NCBI GenBank assembly: GCA_964481075.1 | Contig: CAYZSD010000052.1 | Location: forward strand, 1 to 20,834 | Length of the DNA stretch: 20,834 bases | Source: an uncultured Rikenellaceae bacterium | GTDB taxonomy: Bacteria; Bacteroidota; Bacteroidia; Bacteroidales; Tenuifilaceae | Direction: 5' to 3' | Part shown: piece by piece, positions 1-8,880 of the stretch | Numbering within the stretch: position 1 is the first letter of the stretch | Layout: the number at the start of each line of letters is the position of its first letter | Program-made: the position numbers and the translations under genes | The notes under the pieces: model-generated | What the model saw: the letters and a program-made list of their open reading frames with translations, nothing else | Told to the model about the DNA's origin: nothing | Database searches by the model: none

Positions 1-65
1 ATATATGAATACAGAAAAAGAGAGGCTTTCATGTTTTAAAATATTTTTTTTTGATTTATATTAGA

Positions 66-73
66 TAAGTTTG
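66..73 (+). promoter_or_regulatory. candidate Bacteroidetes -7 element (TAAGTTTG) upstream of the methyltransferase gene
   Basis: Matches TAnnTTTG; no TTTG at the expected -33 spacing was found. Confidence 0.3.
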
Positions 74-131
74 TATTGTTTTAAACACAAATTTTTAAAG
101 TTAATTTTTTCACTATATAGCAGCTCAACTA

Positions 132-1037
132 ATGGATGAGTACACAATAAAGACCAAAGAATGGTTGGAGAAAAGGTTTAAGAGTAGTAAGCAGGGGATA
201 TACCGAGCCCATCAGCCAATATATGGATTTCGAAAGGGATACTGCGATTCGGGCGCATTTGACAGGTACGTTTGTACTTACCATATAATGCGGGCACTTT
301 CAGAGATAAGTTTTAATACTTTGCTGGATGTTGGTGGAGCCGAAGGCTATAAGGCAAATCTGGCAAAACTTTTTTTTGGCGTAAGGGTTGAAAATTCGGA
401 TATCTCAGAAGAGGCATGTAAAAGATCAGAGGAGATATTCCAAATAAAATCAACACACGCTGATATTCATAACTTACCGTTTAAGGATGAAGAATTTGAT
501 GTTGTTCTTTGTAGTGAAACAATTGAGCATATTACAGATAAGCAGAAATCAATAGCAGAGCTGTTACGGGTTGCCCGTAAAGCAGTAGTGATAACAGTTC
601 CCCATGAGCCAAAAGAAAAAGTAGAGCAGAACATCAAGAATGGGATAGCCCATGGACATATTCATAGCTTTGATTTAGAAAGCTTTGATTATTTAAAGGG
701 GCTTGGATATCAGGTTATTAGGAGCAAAACCAACTCTTCGTTGGTAAAGCCAGTGATTAAGGAAGCGTTAACGACAAACAATCCTATGAGATTTGATCAA
801 CCAGATATAAAAGGACGCGTTTACAATGTTACTATTCCAATTATCAGATATTTTCTGGGGAAAAGAACGGTTGCGTTACTTGTTGCTTTGGATGCTTTTC
901 TTTGTAGAAACTTCGCATGGAACAATGCCTTTATATTCACTATCATTAAAGATTCCCAATGTTACAGAAAAGATAAAAGGTTAAGTATTTCACCTTCAAG
1001 AATTTTAAATTTCTCAGTTCCTTATCATAGTTTATAG
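132..1037 (+). CDS. class I SAM-dependent methyltransferase (Methyltransf_11-like)
   Basis: 301-aa ORF with motif I-like 'LLDVGGAEGYKANLAK', 'ADIHNLPFKDEEFDVVLCSETIEHI' and 'ELLRVARKAVVITVPHE', typical of class I methyltransferases. Confidence 0.85.
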   Translation: MDEYTIKTKEWLEKRFKSSKQGIYRAHQPIYGFRKGYCDSGAFDRYVCTYHIMRALSEISFNTLLDVGGAEGYKANLAKLFFGVRVENSDISEEACKRSEEIFQIKSTHADIHNLPFKDEEFDVVLCSETIEHITDKQKSIAELLRVARKAVVITVPHEPKEKVEQNIKNGIAHGHIHSFDLESFDYLKGLGYQVIRSKTNSSLVKPVIKEALTTNNPMRFDQPDIKGRVYNVTIPIIRYFLGKRTVALLVALDAFLCRNFAWNNAFIFTIIKDSQCYRKDKRLSISPSRILNFSVPYHSL

Positions 1038-1318
1038 CACTTCTATTTAATCATGGTTTGTAATCCTTTTATGTTTTACTAGCAATTTTGATAAGTTAGT
1101 GAACTTCTTTCTATCATAAATTGTTGTTTTATAGTCAAATTGGTAAAATAATATGCTAGAAGGTAAAGGCATTTTGCTGAAATGTTTGCAAATATAGTAA
1201 GAGAAGTTTCTTGGGTTTCTAATAATAATGTTATTGGATTTTTAAAAACAACAGAGGATGAATGACTAAGCGTTACAAACATGCAATGAAATTGAATCAA
1301 GTATTTTAGATTCACTAA

Positions 1319-1423
1319 CAACGTAGTTATAACCTCAGCAACGAACCTGATGGGCTTTACATTGTTAGAACAATCACCACATACGGTAATGTATATACCA
1401 CAAGGGTAATCAAGTTGAACTAA
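1319..1423 (+). pseudogene. relic of the C-terminal end of a T9SS type A sorting domain protein
   Basis: Frame 1319-1423 reads QRSYNLSNEPDGLYIVRTITTYGNVYTTRVIKLN*, resembling the canonical sorting-domain tail (...dLSnlpxGlYiVrvxtxxgxxytxkvikx*). Preceded by an in-frame TAA at 1316 and followed by a terminator hairpin. Confidence 0.5.
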
Positions 1424-1439
1424 GGTTGGTCAATTAACC

Positions 1440-1480
1440 CACAAAAAGAGGCTGCCCGGTTTGGACAGCCTCTTTTTGTG
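1440..1480. terminator. strong intrinsic, probably bidirectional terminator
   Basis: Perfect 15-bp stem CACAAAAAGAGGCTG (1440-1454) / CAGCCTCTTTTTGTG (1466-1480), 11-nt loop, A/T tracts on both sides. Located 33 bp beyond the stop of the minus-strand SusE/F-like gene. Confidence 0.85.
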
Positions 1481-1512
1481 AATATGACTTTTACAGTCAG
1501 TGTAAGAGGTTA

Positions 1513-2988
1513 CTAGTTAATAACACCACCTCCCGTCTTGAAGTTTAGTGATATTGTATGCTCCCCAGCGGTTACACTAATTCTTGCCTGATCGCCACCT
1601 GCACCACGATATTCAATGACACCGTCAAATATCATGAATTCGGCCTGCCACCATGAAACTTGTGTACCACCACCAAAAGGTTTGGTAAACCAATCGGCAA
1701 CGTCAAACCAAGCATACATTCTTAGTTCGTCTGCTGCAAGCTCTTTGGTAATTGTTACAACATCGTTTGCGTTGTCAACAGTAAATAAAGCATTGGGGTT
1801 AGCTGTATCCCAGCTACTTACAGTATTACCAATGAGGTAAACTTTTGGATCAACTACTGCAACTTTTTCTTCTTCTAGGTTAACAACAACCATATAGTAA
1901 CCAGGTGTTGCTGGTACAGCAATTGCATTCATGCCTGCCCAAACTATTTCAGAAATTCCATCAACAAGAGCAGTTCCACCAAAGTTGCCATTCCATTCCT
2001 GAACTGGTGAGAATTCGATGGCACCTGTTCCATTTAGCCATACTATCCTCCAGAAAAGGTGAGGATTGCTATGAACAGGAATCATGGGCATATCGTTTGT
2101 ACCCCATGTCCAACCACCGTTATGCAGTCCATCGCCAATAATGAATAGGTTATCAGGATACTCAGGTAGAGGTTCTACATCCCCCGTTCTTGTTGTTGTG
2201 TAGGAGAAACCATTATCGATAGACCAACTTAAAACAACTGTATATTCACCCTCTGCATCTGTTGGATAGGGGAATGTGCCTCCACCCATGATAAAGTCAT
2301 TTGAATCACCAGCTTTACCAATATTTCCAAAAATAACAAAATCGCCAGTTGAGAATTTCCAACCTCCGTTGTAACGGAATTTGAACCCACCACGAGCTCT
2401 TAGGGTTAGCTGTGTAATTTCCCACTCTGCAGCTTCGGCTGTAAGGGTTTTGGTAGTCATTTCAAGCTCAGTTGACCAGCCCATATCAGTTGCATCACCA
2501 ATAACAGCCCAGCGATCAATCTTTGTAAAGTAGGCGGTACCGGTGGTTTTGTCGAGAATAATGTGGTAGAATCCATTACTTGGAGCATTGAAGGCAGCAC
2601 CATTAGCAACAAACTCACCTTTGTGAACAGTACAATTGATTTCATCGCCTCCGCCACTTTCAAAAGCAACGTATGTTCCATCTTTCCAACCGTATGTGCT
2701 TTCATTGGCACCTGCTTTCTCAACTATGTTGAAGTTACCAGCGGTTAGATACATTAATTTCTCATACATGCCATCTCTAAGGTTTGATGCGTATCCCTCG
2801 CCTTCCTCGCGGCCAGGCATCATCATTCCTTTTAAAACAAGGCCATTAAGACCAGTTGCTGCACCAGTTACATAGATACCATCCTCAGCTTGTACGGGTG
2901 GTTTATCATCATCATCATCATCCTTACAGGATGTTACAAGTACCATTGCGGCTAAAAGAAGCCAAGATAATTTAAGCAAACTTTTCAT
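1513..2988 (-). CDS. SusE/SusF-like outer membrane starch-binding lipoprotein
   Basis: 491 aa; lipoprotein signal 'LLLAAMVLVTSC' followed by KDDDDDDK (surface-export-like acidic signal); tandem domains such as 'DRWAVIGDATDMGWSTELEM' and 'PKVYLIGNTVSSWDT...'; downstream of susC and susD. Confidence 0.82.
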   Translation of the reverse strand: MKSLLKLSWLLLAAMVLVTSCKDDDDDDKPPVQAEDGIYVTGAATGLNGLVLKGMMMPGREEGEGYASNLRDGMYEKLMYLTAGNFNIVEKAGANESTYGWKDGTYVAFESGGGDEINCTVHKGEFVANGAAFNAPSNGFYHIILDKTTGTAYFTKIDRWAVIGDATDMGWSTELEMTTKTLTAEAAEWEITQLTLRARGGFKFRYNGGWKFSTGDFVIFGNIGKAGDSNDFIMGGGTFPYPTDAEGEYTVVLSWSIDNGFSYTTTRTGDVEPLPEYPDNLFIIGDGLHNGGWTWGTNDMPMIPVHSNPHLFWRIVWLNGTGAIEFSPVQEWNGNFGGTALVDGISEIVWAGMNAIAVPATPGYYMVVVNLEEEKVAVVDPKVYLIGNTVSSWDTANPNALFTVDNANDVVTITKELAADELRMYAWFDVADWFTKPFGGGTQVSWWQAEFMIFDGVIEYRGAGGDQARISVTAGEHTISLNFKTGGGVIN

Positions 2989-3067
2989 AGTGTAAATTTT
3001 TAGTTAGTAAATGGAGTTAATAATTGTGGAGTTTGTAAATAAAAGAACAAAGTTAACAAAAAAGATT

Positions 3068-4579
3068 TTAATCATTTATAGGAACTATATCTGCCTCAAG
3101 ATTCGGGTTAGCTTCCTTTGCCCAAAGAGGAATAGGGAAAACGTTCCGGTCGGGGGTTGAAGCATCCTTCTCCCACCAAGCCTTGTTGAATTCGCCAAAG
3201 CGAATCAAATCCTGGCGTCGATGGGCTTCCCAAAACATCTCACGCCCTCTTTCTTCAAGTAGCATAGGAAGGGTAACGTTTGTCCAGGGATCTAAGCCTG
3301 CCCTCTGACGAATTAGGTTGACATACATGTCGCCACTCTGCCCTTGACGAATAAGGGCTTCAGCTTTCATCAGAAGAACATCGGCGTACCTAAATAGAGG
3401 GAAAGCATTGCTAAGGTTTGCCTTAGCACCATTTTTTATCTCAAACTTTACAACCCTTGCTCCCGACATACGGATTTGTTCTAGGGTATGCTCAGCCAAT
3501 GTTAAAACAAGTTTAGGTATGTTTGGATTAAGAACCAGGGGTGAGTTTGCTACCCCATCAACTATGGCAGTGCCATCGGCTGTGTACTGTGGGCCATACA
3601 AAAAGCCATCCTTACGCCTATCGTTGTCGGAGTAGGTGTTAAAGTGGCTTTCGGTTACAGCAAAACCATTCCATGGACCAGCTACCATATTGAAAGTAAG
3701 GTTGCTATTGTAATGAAGAGTACGCATGTGAAGGTTGAACCCTTGGTAAGTATCCTCATTATATGGAATGACGAAGATGTTTTCAACGGAATTGTGATTG
3801 TTGGTTACAAATGGAGCAAGCGCATCGTTTTCGAGGGAGTAAATACCCAATCCTATAACACTATCGGCATAAACTTCGGCTTTAGCCCAAAAAGCAGCAT
3901 TCACAGCGCCAGAGTAAACAGCGTGATTCAGATAAAGTTTTGTTAACAAACTGAAAGCCATCCCTTTACCTGCTCCTGTTCGCGATGTACTGGGTTGAAT
4001 GTATGGAATGCTCTCCTCGATTTCAGTTACTATACGCTCAAAGATTTGCGCCCTTGGGTTTCTCTTGGGGTTTGGATCTGCATCAACAAACTTAATTACG
4101 TAAGGTACATCACCATAATTATCAATAAGCAGATAGTAATAGTAAGCTCTTAATACTCTGGCCTTAGCTATTGCCTGATCAATTATTGGGTCGCCAGCAA
4201 AAGGCTGTTGTGCCTCAATGAATTTATTTGCTTCAACAACTCCCTTATAAAAGCGACTCCACATGCTGTTAACGGTTTCAGTATCGTGAACCCATGTGTG
4301 CTGGTGCAAAACCCTCCATTTCCCTCCGTCATCCCAATCGGTGTCGCGGGTAGGGCAAACCACAGCATCGGTAGTTACCTCCTGAGCAAACCACCAGCAA
4401 CCCCAGTCAAGAAAATCGCGCATGGGTTCATAAATAATACTCATCTGCAGAACTGGGTCGGCAGTGTATTCGTCGGGTGGTATTTTATCGTAGAGCCTAT
4501 CCTCAAGGTCGGTACATGAAATGATACCAAGGGAAAAAACTGCAAGTAAAAAAACTATTCTTTTCATGGCTGGTTTCAT
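3068..4579 (-). CDS. susD: SusD/RagB family nutrient-binding outer membrane lipoprotein
   Basis: 503 aa; lipoprotein signal ending 'GIISC' then TDLEDRLYDKIP; 'RVLRAYYYYLLIDNYGDVPYV'; C-terminal 'ALIRQGQSGDMYVNLIRQRAGL...LLEERGREMFWEAHRRQDLIRFG', diagnostic of SusD. An alternative start Met lies at 4567. Confidence 0.95.
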   Translation of the reverse strand: MKPAMKRIVFLLAVFSLGIISCTDLEDRLYDKIPPDEYTADPVLQMSIIYEPMRDFLDWGCWWFAQEVTTDAVVCPTRDTDWDDGGKWRVLHQHTWVHDTETVNSMWSRFYKGVVEANKFIEAQQPFAGDPIIDQAIAKARVLRAYYYYLLIDNYGDVPYVIKFVDADPNPKRNPRAQIFERIVTEIEESIPYIQPSTSRTGAGKGMAFSLLTKLYLNHAVYSGAVNAAFWAKAEVYADSVIGLGIYSLENDALAPFVTNNHNSVENIFVIPYNEDTYQGFNLHMRTLHYNSNLTFNMVAGPWNGFAVTESHFNTYSDNDRRKDGFLYGPQYTADGTAIVDGVANSPLVLNPNIPKLVLTLAEHTLEQIRMSGARVVKFEIKNGAKANLSNAFPLFRYADVLLMKAEALIRQGQSGDMYVNLIRQRAGLDPWTNVTLPMLLEERGREMFWEAHRRQDLIRFGEFNKAWWEKDASTPDRNVFPIPLWAKEANPNLEADIVPIND

Positions 4580-7530
4580 TATAATGTCAAGTTAATTCCA
4601 AATGTAAAGGTACGAGTTTTTGGGTAAACATCGTACTGATCAAGCCCAAACGATAGCCCAGAGTAGCTTATTTCAGGATCAATACCTGTGTACTTTGTTA
4701 TTACAAAGAGGTTGTTTGATGCAAAGTACACACGAATATTTTTGAAATAGCCCAAATCCTTCAGGTTGTAACCAAATGAAAGGTTGTCGAGCCTAATGAA
4801 TGAACCATCTTCAAGATAGTAGCTGCTGGTACGGGGAATGTCGTCAAGTCCTCTTGCTGCCTCATCGAGAGCAGATTCAATAACATTGAGGGTTGGGAGT
4901 AATCGGGGATTACCAAAGAATAAACGGGTGGTGTTGAAGATTAAATGCCCATAAACGGCCCTGAACGCAAAGTTTAAGTCGAAGTTTTTGTAAATGGTGA
5001 AGTAGTTGGACCAACCAAGCTCAAATTTGGGTTGTGCATTCCCAAGCTCTCTGAGTTCTGCCTTCTCTGGAAAACGGGTTACTCCACCAGCTTCGGTGTA
5101 GAATAGCCACTTGCCATCCTCTGAAAGACCAGCATATTCGTTCATGTACCAAGTACCAAGGGGTAACCCTTCTTTTACAACCTGAGTGTTATCGCCAACT
5201 AAACCTCTGCCACCAACACCGCCAACACGCTGTGCCGACCAGTTGAAATCATCGTTGGATAGTTTTACAACTTCTTGTTTATAGGTAGTAAAGGTTACTG
5301 CTGTTTTCCAGTCGAAGTTGTTATACTTCACAGGGAACGCTTGAACGAAAGCCTCGAAACCATTCACTTGAATTTGCCCAACGTTAGCATATATTCTTCC
5401 AACAGGATAAGGGGGAACAGGTACCGAGTACTCTCCTAAAAGATCGTAGGTGTTTTTTCTGAAGTATTCCAATGAACCAGAGATTTTATTTCTCCATAAA
5501 CCAAAATCGAGACCAATGTTTAGCTCTGCATTCGATTCCCATTTCAAATCGGGGTTAGCTGCGTGCGAGAACTCAAATAGAATGGTTTCTTCACCAGTCT
5601 CGAAGTTGATAGAGTTGCCTTTTCTCACGTAGTACTCAATTGCTCTGTAACGAGCAAACTGCTGGTTACCGCTAATTCCATAACCTGTGCGAAGTCGGAG
5701 GTTGCTAACAATATCGTTTCCAGCAAGGAATTCTTCACCTGTAATGTTCCACATAGCTGATGCTGATGGAAACCAACCCCAACGATTGTTCTTACCAAAT
5801 TTTGAGGAACCATCGCGACGTATAGTTGCCGTAAAGAAGTACTTCGATTTGAAGCTGTAGATACCTCTACCAAAAAAGGATATGAGTCGATTTGTACCCT
5901 TGTATGAGCTGATATCTCCTGGTTTAACGCTCATCAGGTTTGAAAGGTCATGCGATTCAAGGTAATCCAGAAAAGGTTTCCTTCCATAAGCTGAGAATCC
6001 AGTTTCGATATCCTCTTGCCAGGTGTGACCGGCAACAAGGTTCAAATCGTGGTCATCGAATACATTAGCGTATCGGATGGTTGATTCCATAAGCTTCGAC
6101 TCGTAATTGCCGTAGCTTCTTCTACCTTGTCCTTCATCTTTTCCCATGTAAAGCGTTGATGGTTCGAAGTAGAAGTTCTCCTGATCGTCGCGGGTGTAAC
6201 CAACGTTAACACCTGCCGAGAACCCTTTGTATATATCAAGATCGGCCTTAAAGAAGCCAAAGAAACGTTTAGCACTCCTATCGTCCTGTGTTTCTTCAAC
6301 TAAAGCAACCGGGTTGTAGTAGTCGAAGTCGCGTTCAATCTCGTAGTAGTTTCCCTCTGAATCGTAAATTGGGTCGGTTGGGTTACGCTGAAAAGCTTGG
6401 AATTGAACAGAATTTCTACCCCAACCGCCATAGTTTACGTAAGCATTCTTCTCGAAAGTACCTGAAATACCACTCTGAATCTTTAGCTTTTTGTCTAATG
6501 CGGTTTGATCTAAGTTCAATCGTGCTATTGTTCTTTCCTTTGTAGAGCCAATAATTACCCCATCAAACTTGTTATGTGAAACAGAAGCCCTGTATGTGGA
6601 ACTTTCATCACTTCCAGAAAAGGCGATGTTGTGGCTATAACTCATCCCAGGTTTGTATATCTGATCGAGCCAATTCGTGCTTGCACCACCATCGTTGAAG
6701 TTCGAGATGTTGTTCTCAGCCACATAGTTTCTTACCTGATCAGCAGATAAAAACTTGAGTCTGTTAGCAACTCTATCCATAGAGATGTATGAGTTGTAGT
6801 TTATCTCTGAACCCTTCTTCTGCTGACTTCCTCTTTTGGTAGTGATGATAACAACTCCGTGCGCACCCCTGGCACCATAGATTGCCGATGAGGATGCATC
6901 CTTCAGAATGCTCCACGATTCGATGTCCTCTGGTGCAATGGTTGTGGGATCAACTCCAGGAACACCATCAACCACATAAAGTGGGCTAGTGCTAGTGGTT
7001 AACGATGAAGCACCCCTAATCTTGATGTCGAAACCAGCGTTGGGGTCACCTCCTTTCTTTGATACCATTACGCCGGCTATCTTTCCCTGAATACCTTGAA
7101 CAGGGTCAGTGAGAACACCAGAATTCATCTCACTTGAGGTGATATGGGCCACAGCACCGGTACGGTCGCTTTTCTTTTGTGTTCCGTATCCAATCACAAC
7201 AATTTCTTCCAGCGCTTCAACGGCCTCCATGAGCACGATGTTGATTACTGCTTTCCCTTGTACGGGTTCCTCGAAGGTTTCGTACCCAATGTATGAAAAG
7301 ATAAGGGTAGAGGTGGGTTCGGCACTAATGCTATAGTTGCCAAAGGGATCGGTGCTGGTACCAATTGTGGTACCCTTTACAACAACGGATACACCCACAA
7401 GGGGGGAACCATCCATAAAATCGGTAACTTTTCCTGTTACAGTTATCACCTGTGCCCATGCCATCGATTGAATGAGCATAAGCGCAAGGAATAAGGTAAC
7501 ACCTTTAAAATAAGTAGTTTTCTGCTTCAT
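4579..7530 (-). CDS. susC: SusC/RagA family TonB-dependent outer membrane receptor
   Basis: 983 aa; signal peptide; CarboxypepD_reg-like N-terminal domain 'VTGKVTDFMDGSPLVGVSVVVKGTTIGTSTDPFGNYSI'; 'EIVVIGYGTQKK'; plug region 'IRGASSLTTSTSPLYVVDGVPG...ILKDASSSAIYGARGAHGVVIITTK'. Its stop overlaps the susD start (TAATG). Confidence 0.97.
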   Translation of the reverse strand: MKQKTTYFKGVTLFLALMLIQSMAWAQVITVTGKVTDFMDGSPLVGVSVVVKGTTIGTSTDPFGNYSISAEPTSTLIFSYIGYETFEEPVQGKAVINIVLMEAVEALEEIVVIGYGTQKKSDRTGAVAHITSSEMNSGVLTDPVQGIQGKIAGVMVSKKGGDPNAGFDIKIRGASSLTTSTSPLYVVDGVPGVDPTTIAPEDIESWSILKDASSSAIYGARGAHGVVIITTKRGSQQKKGSEINYNSYISMDRVANRLKFLSADQVRNYVAENNISNFNDGGASTNWLDQIYKPGMSYSHNIAFSGSDESSTYRASVSHNKFDGVIIGSTKERTIARLNLDQTALDKKLKIQSGISGTFEKNAYVNYGGWGRNSVQFQAFQRNPTDPIYDSEGNYYEIERDFDYYNPVALVEETQDDRSAKRFFGFFKADLDIYKGFSAGVNVGYTRDDQENFYFEPSTLYMGKDEGQGRRSYGNYESKLMESTIRYANVFDDHDLNLVAGHTWQEDIETGFSAYGRKPFLDYLESHDLSNLMSVKPGDISSYKGTNRLISFFGRGIYSFKSKYFFTATIRRDGSSKFGKNNRWGWFPSASAMWNITGEEFLAGNDIVSNLRLRTGYGISGNQQFARYRAIEYYVRKGNSINFETGEETILFEFSHAANPDLKWESNAELNIGLDFGLWRNKISGSLEYFRKNTYDLLGEYSVPVPPYPVGRIYANVGQIQVNGFEAFVQAFPVKYNNFDWKTAVTFTTYKQEVVKLSNDDFNWSAQRVGGVGGRGLVGDNTQVVKEGLPLGTWYMNEYAGLSEDGKWLFYTEAGGVTRFPEKAELRELGNAQPKFELGWSNYFTIYKNFDLNFAFRAVYGHLIFNTTRLFFGNPRLLPTLNVIESALDEAARGLDDIPRTSSYYLEDGSFIRLDNLSFGYNLKDLGYFKNIRVYFASNNLFVITKYTGIDPEISYSGLSFGLDQYDVYPKTRTFTFGINLTL

Positions 7531-7662
7531 ACCAGATTATTCGTTAGAATTTGTTGAACAAAAGAAATTGGCTACTTTTTTCCCATTCAAACTTTATCAC
7601 AATTTAAGCTAAAAATAACCAAAAAATAATATATAATCCAATATTAAACGATATTTTTTTAT

Positions 7663-7698
7663 GCAATCGTTTTCACAATCGACTGCACAATCGATTGT
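7663..7698. promoter_or_regulatory. candidate operator array: three CAATCG-headed 12-bp units, the last a perfect 12-bp palindrome
   Basis: GCAATCGTTTTC (7663-7674), ACAATCGACTGC (7675-7686), ACAATCGATTGT (7687-7698) in the susC-lacI intergenic region; central CG as in many LacI/GalR operators. Confidence 0.6.
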
Positions 7699-7748
7699 TA
7701 GAAAGCTATTTACTTAAACAAGTATTTTTGAAACTCTAGTAGAGTAAC

Positions 7749-7762
7749 AACAATCGATTGTT
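7749..7762. promoter_or_regulatory. candidate LacI-family operator, perfect palindrome AACAATCGATTGTT
   Basis: 14-bp perfect palindrome containing the same 12-mer as 7687-7698, offset by exactly 63 bp; just upstream of the predicted lacI promoter. Confidence 0.65.
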
Positions 7763-7766
7763 TTTT

Positions 7767-7798
7767 GTTGGAGAGTAACCGAAAAAAACTTACTTTTG
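7767..7798 (+). promoter_or_regulatory. candidate Bacteroidetes sigma-ABfr-type promoter for the LacI-family gene
   Basis: GTTG (7767-7770), 20-nt spacer, TACTTTTG (7791-7798, matches TAnnTTTG); 38 nt upstream of the preferred start codon at 7837. Confidence 0.5.
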
Positions 7799-7836
7799 GT
7801 AGAATAATTCACTTATTCTATACCATAACCCGAACT

Positions 7837-8856
7837 ATGAAAACAGCGAATGTAACCATAAAAGATATTGCTAAGATTCTAGGTATTAGCCCTTCAACCG
7901 TATCACGTGCTCTTAAAGATCACCCCGATATCAGCAAGGCTACCGGCGAAAAGGTGAAGAGCCTGGCTCAGGAAATGAACTACCGTCCAAACCCAATTGC
8001 TTTAAGCCTCAAGGGACGTAGAAGCAATGTAATCGGTGTGGTTATACCCGAAATCGTTCATTACTTCTTTTCATCGGTCATTAGTGGAATTGAAAAGGTT
8101 GCAAAGGAGCACGGGTACAGTGTAATTGTTAGCCAGTCGGGTGAAAGTTTGAGCCGCGAGATAGATGTTTGCAATACCTTTTTAAATAGTATTATCGATG
8201 GCCTTCTTATCTCAGTATCGAAGGAAACTATTGGTTATGAGCATATTTTAAAACTTCAGGACGAAGGAATCCCGGTGGTTTTTTTCGATAGGTTGATTGA
8301 GGATTTTAACACCGATTTTGTGGTTATTGACGACTACAATGGAGCCTACCAGGCAACAGAGCACCTTATAATTGTCGGCCGTAGAAGGATTGTTCATTTT
8401 GCAGGCCCACGTAACAGGCTTATCACCAAGAATAGGATGAAAGGTTACCTCGATGCCCACAGGAATAACGGTGTGGTTATTGACGAATCGCTTATTGTGC
8501 CCTGCGATAGCTTTCAGGATGCCCTTGTTGAAACACAACGTTTAATTGATGGTAAGATAAAGTTCGATGCGATTTTTACAGTAAACGATTTTACCGCTGC
8601 AGGAGTTATTAAAGCCTTGAAGAATAACGGAATATCTGTTCCAAACGATGTTTCAGTGGTGGGCTTTGGTAACGACCATATAGCCGAGATGGTTGAACCA
8701 ACCCTAACAACTGTTCTTCAACCCGGCTTCGCTATGGGCGAGAAAGCTATGGAAATTCTTATTGATAGAATCAACCCTAATTCATCATCAACTCTAAAAA
8801 AGGAAGTGCTTCAAACCCAATTAATTGTTCGTGACTCTTCGAAGCTAAAGAAATAG
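7837..8856 (+). CDS. LacI family transcriptional regulator, probable PUL regulator
   Basis: HTH 'VTIKDIAKILGISPSTVSRALKDHPDISKATGEKVKSLAQEMNYRPNPIA' plus periplasmic-binding-like effector domain. The listed ORF opens at 7765, but the Met at 7837 places the HTH at the N-terminus and is downstream of the candidate promoter. Confidence 0.93.
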   Translation: MKTANVTIKDIAKILGISPSTVSRALKDHPDISKATGEKVKSLAQEMNYRPNPIALSLKGRRSNVIGVVIPEIVHYFFSSVISGIEKVAKEHGYSVIVSQSGESLSREIDVCNTFLNSIIDGLLISVSKETIGYEHILKLQDEGIPVVFFDRLIEDFNTDFVVIDDYNGAYQATEHLIIVGRRRIVHFAGPRNRLITKNRMKGYLDAHRNNGVVIDESLIVPCDSFQDALVETQRLIDGKIKFDAIFTVNDFTAAGVIKALKNNGISVPNDVSVVGFGNDHIAEMVEPTLTTVLQPGFAMGEKAMEILIDRINPNSSSTLKKEVLQTQLIVRDSSKLKK

Positions 8857-8880
8857 TTTGCCATTTTAAATGCTAATCTG

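Noticed and set aside
1079-1321. 80-aa minus-strand ORF
   Set aside because: Composition is low-complexity AT-rich, with no family resemblance and no clear ribosome-binding context; likely chance.
4183-4519. ORFs on the plus strand opposite susD (61, 103 aa), and similar antisense ORFs over susC, the SusE/F-like gene, GH65, the aldolase and both GH13 genes
   Set aside because: They are shadows of strongly supported coding genes, and none carries recognisable motifs.
4565-4579. Alternative susD start at Met 4567 (MKRIVFLLAVFS...)
   Set aside because: Both starts give a usable lipoprotein signal. The 4579 start overlaps the susC stop (TAATG), which suggests coupling, so the ORF call was kept; the sequence alone does not decide.
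7588-7623. Possible susC promoter on the minus strand: TTTG (7620-7623) and TAAAGTTTG (7588-7596)
   Set aside because: The -7 box has three rather than two intervening bases and the spacer is about 23 nt, so the match is too weak to list as a feature.
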